A DNA stretch of 50,504 bases from IMG/VR virus record IMGVR_UViG_3300005526_000012, positions 1 to 50,504 of that record. One strand, 5' to 3'. Positions 35,516 through 45,337 of this stretch are shown one piece after another. The notes beneath the pieces are model-generated. The model was not told where the DNA came from, did not search any database, and saw nothing but the letters and a program-made list of their open reading frames with translations. Within the stretch, counting starts at the first letter, position 1; each line of letters starts with the position of its first letter. This DNA is from a virus. Lineage: Duplodnaviria; Caudoviricetes. Position numbers and translations under genes: made by a program.

Positions 35516-36808
35516 TTAAGGTGCAAGTTGTAAAACAGAAGCTCTTACATCATAAGTTGGAGTGTTAGTAATACTAACATCCAACGTTATATTAGTACCG
35601 TCTTTAACATTAATCGGACTACTAACCATTGCATAACTTCCACTCCCCAATGAACTACAATCTGCGGCATCTGGTGATATAGTTTGGACGGTATTGCTAG
35701 TATCAGTAAATGTTACCGTCATTTGTGCAGTAGAAGTAGCACTAGCTACAGTACAGCTAAGTGCAACATTAACCTGTACCATTCTATCGCCAGCTATACT
35801 ATTAATATTTTGTGCAGTTAATGCAGTTGTTCGTCCTGCACTTACAAAAGTAACCTTTTCTGGAACTTTAGTATCATCTACTCTCATCAAAACTGATCCA
35901 TCACCAACATCAGTTAACGTCATCGCAGATGTAGAATCAGTATCTAGATCAATAGCATTAGTAATATGATTATCTATTTGTGAACCATTAATAGACCAAT
36001 CTATTGTTTGTCCTTGATACATTTGATATCCTGCACCATCACTGAAAATAGTAACCATACTTCCAGCATTTATATTTACAGGATCAGGACTACCATCAAT
36101 ATTATGTCCATTAGGATCAACAACCCACGGTCCACTAATAGCAGGAACTGGTTTAACTTTAAGAATTATTTGCCATCCTAATGCTGGTACAGTTGCGGGA
36201 AGTGTAATAGTAAACGCAGAACCGTCAAGAAAGAAAGCTTTCTTATTATCACCAGACGTTGCCGTGTAATCACCAGTTTTAGTTGTGAAACTAATTGCTG
36301 ATTGGCAAGTGACGCAAGTAATATTAGGCGAAGCTCCGCCAGAGCTAGCTAATGGTGAGCTAGCCGTTACAGCAGTAACCGGACCACTACCACCACCCGT
36401 AGGATCAGTAACGAAACCTATTAAATTAACGGTTAAGTTAGCCGATCCAACTGGCGTTATAGTAGTAACATTAACCCTAACGTAGTTAGCTACAAGAGAA
36501 CTGGATAGAATATTTCCGTTCGCTGTACATGTTTGTGCGGCGATTATATCGCCAGCATTCCATGTAACACCATCAGCAGAACTATCCACCCTAACAGAAC
36601 ACGCTGAAAGCGTACCAGTAACATTCCATGTTAGATTATGAAATGCCGCTCCAGTACCTATAACATTACAACTTGTATTCGTACTACCACAATGCGCTCC
36701 GGTAGTAGTAATAAATCGAGTGGTAGCTTGATAGGCATAATTTTGAGCTTCACTCCGAGTAGCTACCGCTACAAGAAGAAGCAGCATAGCTAACGCTAAT
36801 TTACGCAT
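35516..36808 (-). CDS. Tail-fibre-like protein with signal peptide
   Basis: MRKLALAMLLLLVAVATRSEA; VTAVTASSPLASSGG, TKTGDYT, FTITLPA, IFSDG fibre motifs. Confidence 0.75.
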   Translation of the reverse strand: MRKLALAMLLLLVAVATRSEAQNYAYQATTRFITTTGAHCGSTNTSCNVIGTGAAFHNLTWNVTGTLSACSVRVDSSADGVTWNAGDIIAAQTCTANGNILSSSLVANYVRVNVTTITPVGSANLTVNLIGFVTDPTGGGSGPVTAVTASSPLASSGGASPNITCVTCQSAISFTTKTGDYTATSGDNKKAFFLDGSAFTITLPATVPALGWQIILKVKPVPAISGPWVVDPNGHNIDGSPDPVNINAGSMVTIFSDGAGYQMYQGQTIDWSINGSQIDNHITNAIDLDTDSTSAMTLTDVGDGSVLMRVDDTKVPEKVTFVSAGRTTALTAQNINSIAGDRMVQVNVALSCTVASATSTAQMTVTFTDTSNTVQTISPDAADCSSLGSGSYAMVSSPINVKDGTNITLDVSITNTPTYDVRASVLQLAP

Positions 36809-36820
36809 GAGTGAAACTCC

Positions 36821-37168
36821 TTAAGCGTGGTAAATTTTTACCGTACCATTCGTAATACCATTATTAGGAACTAACAATCCATCCACCGTCCATCCGGTAT
36901 TACCCGTTCTAACAGTTTCAAGATCGCTAGCACCATTAAGAAATGCGAAATTTTTAGTGTTATATCGTGTAACGATAGCGGTATCAGTATCAGCGATATA
37001 ATCAGCGAATTCTACCTGAAAAAGTCTATCTGCACCTTTCCAAACAACCAGATAGAAAACACCACCAACGCTAATAATATCCCCAGGACTATTACCATTA
37101 CCACTAACAGCAGCTAGTCCAGCTACATCTGCCGCATCAATAAGCCAAGGATTGCCGGTAAAATCCAT
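36821..37168 (-). CDS. Virion structural protein
   Basis: AAGGAG RBS; position. Confidence 0.6.
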   Translation of the reverse strand: MDFTGNPWLIDAADVAGLAAVSGNGNSPGDIISVGGVFYLVVWKGADRLFQVEFADYIADTDTAIVTRYNTKNFAFLNGASDLETVRTGNTGWTVDGLLVPNNGITNGTVKIYHA

Positions 37169-37212
37169 ATTAGCTCCTTAAAAGTGATAGGCTCCTTTTT
37201 ATTATCTACAGC

Positions 37213-37779
37213 TTACGGAGTTACGATCTGATAAGTTACTAGGATCTTTAGCGATCCCAAGCCAGCAAGAAATTCCGCAGAACCATCATTTCCCGCAAAC
37301 AAAGCAACATTCTGCATATGAGTGAGGGTATCTGTTACATCAATCGGAGATGTACCATTTTCTTGTCTGCTTGCGGTGTTAAGCAAGATAGCTCCAAGAT
37401 CAGCAGTCAATGCTACAGCGTTAGCAGTCGTACCTTGGAACAATTTAAGCGTAGCATTAGTGTTAGTAAATGCCGTGGTTAGGAATGTATAGATCAGTTC
37501 ATATGAAAGCAACCTGATATATTTTCCTGCTCCCGGTGCAGCTACCAATTGCATTGGTGTAGCGCGCAAGGCTTTCAAATTGGTAGCAGTAAGACTAAAT
37601 TCTTGTGTTGCTTGTTGAACAGAAGGAAACGTGCTTCCTGCTACACCAGCAGCAGCAGTTTGTCCGGTAGCTCCTGAATTTTGAGAACCAGAACCAAGTT
37701 GAATTACGTTGCCACTATCATCTAGTGACCATAATACCGTTCCATCTGATTCACGAGTAAATTGTTGAACTACGCTCAT
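37213..37779 (-). CDS. Virion structural/decoration protein
   Basis: LVAAPGAGKYI motif; position. Confidence 0.65.
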   Translation of the reverse strand: MSVVQQFTRESDGTVLWSLDDSGNVIQLGSGSQNSGATGQTAAAGVAGSTFPSVQQATQEFSLTATNLKALRATPMQLVAAPGAGKYIRLLSYELIYTFLTTAFTNTNATLKLFQGTTANAVALTADLGAILLNTASRQENGTSPIDVTDTLTHMQNVALFAGNDGSAEFLAGLGSLKILVTYQIVTP

Positions 37780-37788
37780 AGAGTCTCC

Positions 37789-38268
37789 TTAACCGAATAC
37801 AAAGATTGGGAAAATAATATAATCAAAAGCATCCGTACCAGTGCCGGTAAAAGTAACTGTGTCAGTACTAACATTCGCAGCTACAGGATTAGTTGTGTGA
37901 CTTGTTGCAATCGCACCCCATGCATATCCAGCATTATAAACTGCCGGTATGATAGTTATAGCTTTCGTTCCACCACTTAAAGCCGAAGATCCAACTTGAG
38001 CTTTTTGTACACCTAAAAGTTGAGGACTACTATCAGCACCATATATTAATGTGCCAATATTATTAACGTTAGCTATCTTAATCCAACCATTTTCATCACT
38101 ACCAGTTACTTTAGTATATATGTCTCCATTGTCAGCATTAATATAAATGCTACCGGGATTAGCAATATAATTACCTTCGGGAGCACCAGAGTTAGAAATT
38201 AATCTAGCACCAGTGAATCCAAATTCTAAATCGTAATTAATTTTCCAACCTGGATTTTGACCCGCCAT
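37789..38268 (-). CDS. Fibre-like structural protein
   Basis: GAPEG...PGSIYI...IYTK...GW motif. Confidence 0.65.
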   Translation of the reverse strand: MAGQNPGWKINYDLEFGFTGARLISNSGAPEGNYIANPGSIYINADNGDIYTKVTGSDENGWIKIANVNNIGTLIYGADSSPQLLGVQKAQVGSSALSGGTKAITIIPAVYNAGYAWGAIATSHTTNPVAANVSTDTVTFTGTGTDAFDYIIFPIFVFG

Positions 38269-38277
38269 ATATCCCCT

Positions 38278-38814
38278 TTAAACTGGTGGTGGTGAAGCTT
38301 CGCCTGCTGCTGCCATTACCATTATATTTACCGCTCTATCTTCGGTATCGTGATTAAATGCTGCTAAAAAGAATCCCGTACCATCACCATGAGTTTGTAG
38401 TGTACCTAAAGTTATTAAGCCATTTTGTGAAAAGTCTGCACGAATACCTAACGTAACCATCCAATTATCATTATCATATGGAGTAGGAAATGCGATATCT
38501 ATAGTTGTACTATTTCCTGCGGATAATGTAAATGGTCCTCTTGAAAATGCTTGTATAACAGCACCCGCACTAGCACCTACTCCACTCCAACCAGTATTAC
38601 CAGTTCCGGTGTTTTTAATGTAAAATGCAAATCCACCAACACCATCTAAGCAAAAATAAATACTACCAACAACTGCCGTAACAACACCTTCTGGACTTCC
38701 ATTTCCCTGAGTTAGAGATAGTCCGTTAGGTAATATAATCTGTCCAGTATCATACAGAGTATATACCACTTCTTCGGTTTCATTATTTATATATTGCTGT
38801 ATTATTCTAGGCAT
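38278..38814 (-). CDS. Fibre-like structural protein
   Basis: GSPEGVVTAVVGSIY...YIKNTGTGNTGW; IAFPTPY. Confidence 0.7.
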   Translation of the reverse strand: MPRIIQQYINNETEEVVYTLYDTGQIILPNGLSLTQGNGSPEGVVTAVVGSIYFCLDGVGGFAFYIKNTGTGNTGWSGVGASAGAVIQAFSRGPFTLSAGNSTTIDIAFPTPYDNDNWMVTLGIRADFSQNGLITLGTLQTHGDGTGFFLAAFNHDTEDRAVNIMVMAAAGEASPPPV

Positions 38815-38815
38815 A

Positions 38816-39127
38816 TTAGAATATTATATCATCATCCGTGCTACCGCCACCGGAGTAAGGTTCGATTAATTTTTCATTCGGTTCTAGCTCATGAGTCGGA
38901 ATATCTAAAACTTCTGCAATATTCTGTTCACGCTGACCAATTAATGGATTACCTTTATTACCCTTATCCACGCAATCATAAACCTTACAAACTAATAATC
39001 CCCGTTGCCACTCTAAATCTTTAAATTGTATGCGCGATCCACAGCGCGAGCAATAGTGATAACTATCTTGATGAAAGCTTCTTCTTCCCCGGTACGCTAC
39101 CGTGTTCACTATTGGCTGATTAGGCAT
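38816..39127 (-). CDS. Zinc-finger morphogenesis protein
   Basis: CSRCG...EWQRGLLVC...CVD. Confidence 0.7.
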   Translation of the reverse strand: MPNQPIVNTVAYRGRRSFHQDSYHYCSRCGSRIQFKDLEWQRGLLVCKVYDCVDKGNKGNPLIGQREQNIAEVLDIPTHELEPNEKLIEPYSGGGSTDDDIIF

Positions 39128-39256
39128 AAATTTTAAAGGCTCCTTTTTATGAATGGTGTGCGATTATATAAAATGTGGGCATGGAAAAGGAGCCTAATCC
39201 GAAACCATGCCCTTCTGTTTGCTTAATCACGCCCTTACCCGTGAGGGAAAGCGTAA

Positions 39257-39781
39257 CTAAGCAGCAGAACTTTGTTTACCAAAAACGTGATTTTGAGATT
39301 TAACTTCTGCAAGTTCTTGTGTTAGAAACCTACCCTGCCAAGAACAAGAACATTCGGCGTAATAGTTGTAAGTCAGTCCCTTTTGAGGTACAACCTTAAC
39401 GCGATGGCGCCCATGATTAATCTCTAGAACATTATCTTTAAGTTGATCGTCGGTAGATGCGTGAGCTTCTTTAAGTTCCGCGTCTCGTCGTTTTAGCTCA
39501 CTTACATCAAAATGTTCTTCATCATGCTTCTTCTTATCTGCTTCTGTTTTAGCAGCTTTACGTTCTTCGCCTTCTTTAAGATTAGCTACGCGAGCCTTAT
39601 CAAGAAGATCTTGTTTAGCTTTATCTTCTTCACTCATCGTATCATTAGCATTAGCATCCGTGGCAGCTTGCCTACTAGCTTGTTCGTTTGCTTCTGCTTC
39701 GTTTAGGGCGTTGTTAGACTTCATTTCTGTAATGTTTCCCTGAGAAGGTTGTTTCAACATATCATCTAGTTTTCCCATCAT
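39257..39781 (-). CDS. Hypothetical protein with C-terminal Cys/His motif
   Basis: Charged N-terminus; AECSCSW...H. Confidence 0.7.
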   Translation of the reverse strand: MMGKLDDMLKQPSQGNITEMKSNNALNEAEANEQASRQAATDANANDTMSEEDKAKQDLLDKARVANLKEGEERKAAKTEADKKKHDEEHFDVSELKRRDAELKEAHASTDDQLKDNVLEINHGRHRVKVVPQKGLTYNYYAECSCSWQGRFLTQELAEVKSQNHVFGKQSSAA

Positions 39782-39848
39782 TGTCTCCTTAAAAATTAGG
39801 CTCCTTTTTTCGCTCTGGCTGTTCGCCGGTTCCTCTTTCTTCTAATGT

Positions 39849-40802
39849 TTACGGACCATTAGAACCCCAAACCCCAAGCCAATGCGAAGCACCAGCAGCA
39901 AAACGCATCTTAGATTTTTGCTTCAGTGCATCGGTATCAAAGTCATCATCATAGTCCATGTCTGGCTTTTTCCGCCAGAGGAACTTAAGCTGATGCTGAT
40001 CTTTTGCACAAACCGCAAACCACGCCGTATCACTGGTGAGATAATGGCCTACCATATATCCAAGATCTTCACCAAGCAAAGCGTTAATTTCGTTGGTCGC
40101 AGTTCCCGGTTTTCCCGGCGAACCCAAGAGTTCCCGAGCCAAGAATCTAAGTGCTGGTGGAATTACAAGGGCTTTAGGTTTAAGAACGATAGGCAGACCT
40201 ACTCCGTCTACAATTCGTTCAAATTGGTTCGTCATAGCGATTACAGCAGCTAGTGACAAATCAACATCTACCGCTGGACGATTGGGAAAAGTTCCAGCAG
40301 CAGAAATCACGCCCGATAATCCAGGTGCGTAAGCGGTGGCAGTGGGTCCACCAAGCAGGGGATGTTGATTGTTAAAGAGTGAAACACCATCAATCGTTTT
40401 AACGGTTGAAAAACCGAGATTGAAAATGTTCCACGGAACCATTTCTTCCGTAAAACGTTGTGAACGAGCCAACGCTTTAGGAATCTGCTTAATAACGCCA
40501 TACTGGTCATCTTCATAAAGTTCAAAAGATGCTCTTGCAGCTAGCGCATATGTTAGGGGAATATAACGCAGCGTTCCACCCTGAATAACTTGGGTGTACT
40601 GAACTGGTGTATTTTCCGGTTTATATGGCATCGGCGCTGTACCGGCAAATTCAACATCATCGGCATAAGCCGCCGTAATACTTTCCACATTGAAAATAGC
40701 CGGATACTCAAGATCGCGCTGATAAGTATCCAACCACTGATTAAACAGTTTATGGATACCGGGCGCCATCAGTTGAGCATACTGGCCGCGTACCATCGTC
40801 AT
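39849..40802 (-). CDS. Major capsid protein (HK97 fold, Mu gpT-like)
   Basis: IDGVSLFNNQHP, PKALVIPPAL, LTSDTAWF, GASHWLGVWGS; start at 40802 behind AAGGA. Confidence 0.9.
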   Translation of the reverse strand: MTMVRGQYAQLMAPGIHKLFNQWLDTYQRDLEYPAIFNVESITAAYADDVEFAGTAPMPYKPENTPVQYTQVIQGGTLRYIPLTYALAARASFELYEDDQYGVIKQIPKALARSQRFTEEMVPWNIFNLGFSTVKTIDGVSLFNNQHPLLGGPTATAYAPGLSGVISAAGTFPNRPAVDVDLSLAAVIAMTNQFERIVDGVGLPIVLKPKALVIPPALRFLARELLGSPGKPGTATNEINALLGEDLGYMVGHYLTSDTAWFAVCAKDQHQLKFLWRKKPDMDYDDDFDTDALKQKSKMRFAAGASHWLGVWGSNGP

Positions 40803-40866
40803 AGGTTTAACATCCTTTGAATCAAATTTAATTACAGTAAAATAGGCTCCTTTTTGGTTATCAAGT

Positions 40867-41499
40867 TTATGCGTATTGCGAAGCAGCACGTACAAACTTA
40901 AAGAAAACGATTGCGTTTGGTACAAATCCCGTTACTGTTGAAACACCCACAACTTCTACCACCGTGTTAGTACCAACAGTGACTTTACCACCATCAACGT
41001 ACCAATAAATCGGTGCGCTAAGATCAGCAGTAAGTCCATATTGTGTACCGATGGATGCCTGTGTTGGCGTAGCGCCCACGCTAGTACCCAAAGATGAGTT
41101 ATCGAACATTGCGGCAAAAATCGTATCATCAATGGCCTTGTTGAATAGAATTTGGCCAGTGACAAAAGGAGCACCGCGTGGAATGTTAACAGCCGAAGTT
41201 TCATTTGGCACACTACCAAATGTAGTTCCAGTACCGGGGAAACCAACTCCAGTAAAAGCACCCGGAGCACCAAGACCGGAACTAGCAAGATTATGGGCAT
41301 CTTCCATAGCAACGCCCGCAATACCAAGCGCAACGGTTGTACCGTCCCAAGCCTGAATAAGACCTGAACTTAGCATTACTGGCGTGCCAGCAAGAAAAGT
41401 TTGTGACAGTTTCTCATTGACGGAATCTGTATTATCGGTGTTACCCGAAATAGTTTCCACCACTGTAATAGGAGCATGATGTGCTAGAAATGCAGCCAT
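40867..41499 (-). CDS. Capsid decoration/cement-like protein
   Basis: Gly/Thr-rich, directly upstream of capsid gene. Confidence 0.6.
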   Translation of the reverse strand: MAAFLAHHAPITVVETISGNTDNTDSVNEKLSQTFLAGTPVMLSSGLIQAWDGTTVALGIAGVAMEDAHNLASSGLGAPGAFTGVGFPGTGTTFGSVPNETSAVNIPRGAPFVTGQILFNKAIDDTIFAAMFDNSSLGTSVGATPTQASIGTQYGLTADLSAPIYWYVDGGKVTVGTNTVVEVVGVSTVTGFVPNAIVFFKFVRAASQYA

Positions 41500-41527
41500 C
41501 CTAAACCTCCGGGTTTAAATTTAACAA

Positions 41528-42358
41528 CTAACGACCTTCAGCAAAATCTTTATCCTGATCGGCCATTTCCTTGGTAGAGGGAGCAAAAAATTCTACCGTA
41601 TGTCCAGCTTTCTTTAGCTGATTCATCATATCCGAACCAACTTCGTTTTCAAGTGTACGTTGTGCTTGAGCAATAGCTTGTGGCTGCCAACGTCCTACTT
41701 GTTGAAGGGCGCGCTGAATATTCTTCTTATATACGCCCATCAAAACCAAAACATTAACTTTCATTAGTACCACGTCAAACCACTTAATTGTGCCATCTTC
41801 TTTCTTCAGATGGTCGCTAAACTGTCCAGCAATATCTTCAGGGGAAGCGTTTTCAAAACCTATCGCCTTAAACATGGCGTAGTTGCCACCTTCATAATTC
41901 TTATAATTTACCCAACGAAACCTCAAATTTCCATCCTTCGGAGTAACTTGAAGCATCGCTGGAACATCTAGACTCTTAGCATCAATAAAGTCCAGATTCA
42001 TAACATCTGCTTCCGTAATCTTGGACATATCAATATTAGTAGCAGCTCTAACGCTAGGTCTGCGGTTAGAACTAGATTGATCCGAAGATGACGGAGGCGG
42101 AGTTATCTGCACATCCGGTTGAAAAGTATTCGCCGGTTGTTGACTAGCAAACCCTGCTTGCATACTTTCTTTGACTGTGTTTCCTGCTTTGGGCGTAATT
42201 TGGTCAAGTTTCTTTAGAACCTCTGCCGTTAGATTTTTAGAGCTTGGCTCTGCCATAGCTTCTTTAGCAAGTTGCGAAGCATCAGCTAATGCCGAATCTA
42301 AATCAGCGGGATTAGTAGTTTCGTTATTCTTTTTCAAAAGATCGTCAAGTTTAGACAT
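41528..42358 (-). CDS. Head-module protein
   Basis: RFRWVN...GFE...DVVLMKV; between scaffold and capsid. Confidence 0.65.
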   Translation of the reverse strand: MSKLDDLLKKNNETTNPADLDSALADASQLAKEAMAEPSSKNLTAEVLKKLDQITPKAGNTVKESMQAGFASQQPANTFQPDVQITPPPSSSDQSSSNRRPSVRAATNIDMSKITEADVMNLDFIDAKSLDVPAMLQVTPKDGNLRFRWVNYKNYEGGNYAMFKAIGFENASPEDIAGQFSDHLKKEDGTIKWFDVVLMKVNVLVLMGVYKKNIQRALQQVGRWQPQAIAQAQRTLENEVGSDMMNQLKKAGHTVEFFAPSTKEMADQDKDFAEGR

Positions 42359-43112
42359 ATTTCAATCCCGCCTTTGAAGCTGCCCAATCAGCAGGAGTAA
42401 TTCCTAATTTCCTAGCTGCGGCAAGTTCTGACTCTGTAAGATTATCTTCCGGTTTCCCTTGATTCTGTTGTTCTGGCCGGTTAATAACGGTAGTTCCGCC
42501 AGATTGAATCATATTATATTTACCTTCTTTCTTATTCGTGTCCGTGATAATTTCATCGAGATGTTTTCCACGAACAAGATTGTAAATATTATTGATTAGT
42601 TCATCTGGCTTTACTTTCTGCTCCGGTGCATATTTATCCCATACTTCTTTAATTTCAGCTTCAAACATTTTGAAGTGTGGGAGAGTTTGTTTTGCCATGT
42701 TATATGCAACATCAGCAGCGATACTAAGTGAATGACGGATAACTGGCGTCATCTGTTCACGCAACAAACTATTAACCGATCCTTGAGGATCTTCCATGAA
42801 CTTAAGAGGATCAATCGTTAATGGCTCTTGACGATTAACACCGCCACCGCCATTATTAGAACGATTATTGGGGTCGTTATTTGGGTTATTATTTCCATTG
42901 TTGTCTCGACTTGATTGCAAGGTATTTTGCATCTCAGCAATACTATTCTGAATTGACTTCATAGTATTAGCTAGTTCCAAAACTTCAGTCTTAGACGCAG
43001 TACCTTCGCTAATAGTCTTAAGCTTGTCTGCAATTTCTTGCGTATTAAACCCAGCTTCTTTGAGTTTATCTACGACTTGTTCCTTACTCATTTCTCCCCA
43101 CGCCATTTTCAA
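42351..43112 (-). CDS. Probable scaffolding protein
   Basis: Coiled coil; C-terminal LTESELAAARKLGITPADW. Confidence 0.7.
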   Translation of the reverse strand: MKMAWGEMSKEQVVDKLKEAGFNTQEIADKLKTISEGTASKTEVLELANTMKSIQNSIAEMQNTLQSSRDNNGNNNPNNDPNNRSNNGGGGVNRQEPLTIDPLKFMEDPQGSVNSLLREQMTPVIRHSLSIAADVAYNMAKQTLPHFKMFEAEIKEVWDKYAPEQKVKPDELINNIYNLVRGKHLDEIITDTNKKEGKYNMIQSGGTTVINRPEQQNQGKPEDNLTESELAAARKLGITPADWAASKAGLKYV

Positions 43113-43124
43113 TCTCCTAAAATT

Positions 43125-43529
43125 TTATTGTTCTTTCTCTTTGTAACCTTGAGCTTCAAGCTCCATAAGCTCTTTCTTGAGCTTATCATAGTTACCAGCT
43201 TGTTCATCTAGTTCCATAATATCTTTAAGCATATATAAACGGCCTCTAATAACGGCTGATACATCTCGCCCTTTTTCGTCCATGAAGTTATTAAGAAGTT
43301 GATTTTCTAAACTCTTAATACTTCCATTTATATAGTTCTTAAAGTGTTCCGCTTGTGGAACTGACATCCAAGCTTTAACTTCACCACGATGTTTAACTAT
43401 TTCTCTATATGGGCCGTACAGATCCCAATTGTCTATCTGGTGTAAGCGGGTCCGCAGTTGTTGTGCCTTGAATGCTTTGCCCGGATTCAAGTTGGGGCGG
43501 TTGTCCGTTTGGTTTTGGTCCTTGTCCAT
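43125..43529 (-). CDS. Small post-portal protein
   Basis: IRGRLYMLKDI pattern; own RBS inside portal 3' end. Confidence 0.65.
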   Translation of the reverse strand: MDKDQNQTDNRPNLNPGKAFKAQQLRTRLHQIDNWDLYGPYREIVKHRGEVKAWMSVPQAEHFKNYINGSIKSLENQLLNNFMDEKGRDVSAVIRGRLYMLKDIMELDEQAGNYDKLKKELMELEAQGYKEKEQ

Positions 43530-45336
43530 TATTGGCTCCTTTTAGTTCATCGGTCAATTTTAGTTCAGGTTGCAATCTACTAATATCATCATGTCCAAAG
43601 TTACGAAGTAATCTTGACATAAGAGCACCCTGTGCTCCGATTACGCCAATTAAAAATTGCTTCATGAACTCAGGCATCTGAGGATTTCCAAGACCCTGTA
43701 AGATTTGTGCGATAGCACTATGATGACGCTGTAAAACTTGGGTAAGAAGCATATCATTCTGCTTCTCAAGCTCTTTATTAATACTAGCATTTGCTGCCCT
43801 GATAGGAAGATCTATTCTTTTTGCTTTAATATTTCTAAGAGCTTTTTCGATATATTGAGCTTGCTCACCAAAATATTCTAACCTATTACCAACGCCAAAC
43901 TCGGCGTACTGCATGGCCGCTTTGCGGCCGATCTTAAGATGCATATAACGAAAATCTGTAATATTAACATTGACTCTACGATTTCCGCTTTGCAAAACGC
44001 TAAAAGTACCCATTGCAGATTGGATACCTTTTTTAGGATTAGCTACACCTCCGCCAGTTCCTGATGTAGCAGGATCATCAGTACCAGCTCTAGCTTTAGC
44101 TAGGGAGATTGTAAGACCTTCTTCTTCGATAGAAGTAGGATAGACTTGACCTAACTGATGAACACTAAATTCTTCAGCAGTTAGTGGAAGTACTGAACCG
44201 GGATAAATACCGATGTTAGCATCAATTTTATTATTACGACCAACAGTAAAGACGCTAGTATTCCCCAAACTACGATTATCGTTACGCTGATTATGGCCCG
44301 TAGTGACTTCTTCTTGATAGTACTTAAGCATTTCTGCAAAGCCGTAACCAAGAAGTCCGTCATCTGTATAACCTAATCTTCCGTATTCAAATGGTTCTTC
44401 GTTATCGGAGTAGAAGTTAAAGACAGCATTAAGCTTGAGGTCAGTTTCTTTGTGATATAAAAATATAATTCTCCACTTTGCGTCATTATGCCAAAACCAG
44501 AACCAACACTCATAGATATCCCATTCAGCTTGATACTCACCATAGGAACCTTGAAGATTCTTAGCTTGATCTTTTTGCTGTTGCTCATTAGATGGGCCTT
44601 GGCGAGAAGGATTATTTAGGAGCTTTTTCTTATCTTCTTCCGATAAATCAAACGCACCTTGATAAATCTTCTGCTCAACTTGCTGTTTCTTAAGCGTATA
44701 TTTATGATACTTGAAGTTAGCTTTCTCCCATGTAGGTGCAGAAGGAGTAGCTCCCCAATCTTCGATAGGAACTTTTTCTGGTCTTGGACCATCATATTTA
44801 GTGTAATCTACTGCGGCAGGTAATCCACCATTAACTCCCGGTCCTGTTACTCTTTTTTCAATTTCAGTCTCCCAAGGCATCTTTACTAAGACTGAACCAA
44901 GCTGAACCATATCATTAGCAGCTAAACTTTCTACTCTATAAAGGTCTAACTCGTTAGGCTCTTGGCCCATCAAATTCATAAATTCTTCAAACGAGCTACG
45001 CTGTTTATCTCCGTTCTCACTATCCGGCCAGTCTCCTACAAGGTGAGATACCCACAAAGGCATAATCTCATATATCGTTCCGATGATTCTGGCTTTGAGA
45101 ATATCTACATTTTCGCCGATTAATTGAATAACAACGTTAGAACATCCCGGCCAAGGAAAATCACGATCTTCTTGTTCGGGCAGTCCTTTATATAAGCGGC
45201 GGAGTTCTGGAACTTTAGAAGTATGAAATGTATCATAAGCCTGCTCTGTATCTTGCAGGTTCTGTTTCACAAACTTCTTAAGCTCAACATCAGCTTCCGT
45301 ACCTAGTTCTACTTTAACTGGCGTAATTGTAGGCAT
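43405..45336 (-). CDS. Portal protein
   Basis: FPWPGCSNV, GYGFAEML, 643 aa, after terminase. Confidence 0.85.
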   Translation of the reverse strand: MPTITPVKVELGTEADVELKKFVKQNLQDTEQAYDTFHTSKVPELRRLYKGLPEQEDRDFPWPGCSNVVIQLIGENVDILKARIIGTIYEIMPLWVSHLVGDWPDSENGDKQRSSFEEFMNLMGQEPNELDLYRVESLAANDMVQLGSVLVKMPWETEIEKRVTGPGVNGGLPAAVDYTKYDGPRPEKVPIEDWGATPSAPTWEKANFKYHKYTLKKQQVEQKIYQGAFDLSEEDKKKLLNNPSRQGPSNEQQQKDQAKNLQGSYGEYQAEWDIYECWFWFWHNDAKWRIIFLYHKETDLKLNAVFNFYSDNEEPFEYGRLGYTDDGLLGYGFAEMLKYYQEEVTTGHNQRNDNRSLGNTSVFTVGRNNKIDANIGIYPGSVLPLTAEEFSVHQLGQVYPTSIEEEGLTISLAKARAGTDDPATSGTGGGVANPKKGIQSAMGTFSVLQSGNRRVNVNITDFRYMHLKIGRKAAMQYAEFGVGNRLEYFGEQAQYIEKALRNIKAKRIDLPIRAANASINKELEKQNDMLLTQVLQRHHSAIAQILQGLGNPQMPEFMKQFLIGVIGAQGALMSRLLRNFGHDDISRLQPELKLTDELKGANNGQGPKPNGQPPQLESGQSIQGTTTADPLTPDRQLGSVRPI

Positions 45337-45337
45337 T

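Noticed and set aside
20865-38814. Diversity-generating retroelement or invertible fibre cassette
   Set aside because: No reverse transcriptase, invertase or near-identical repeat pair noticed
39153-39180. dif-like site (GGTGTGCGATTATATAAAATGTG) to go with FtsK
   Set aside because: Poor XerD-arm match, and this FtsK lacks the gamma domain
40803-40925. N-terminal extension of the capsid ORF
   Set aside because: Overlaps the upstream gene; better RBS and start at 40802
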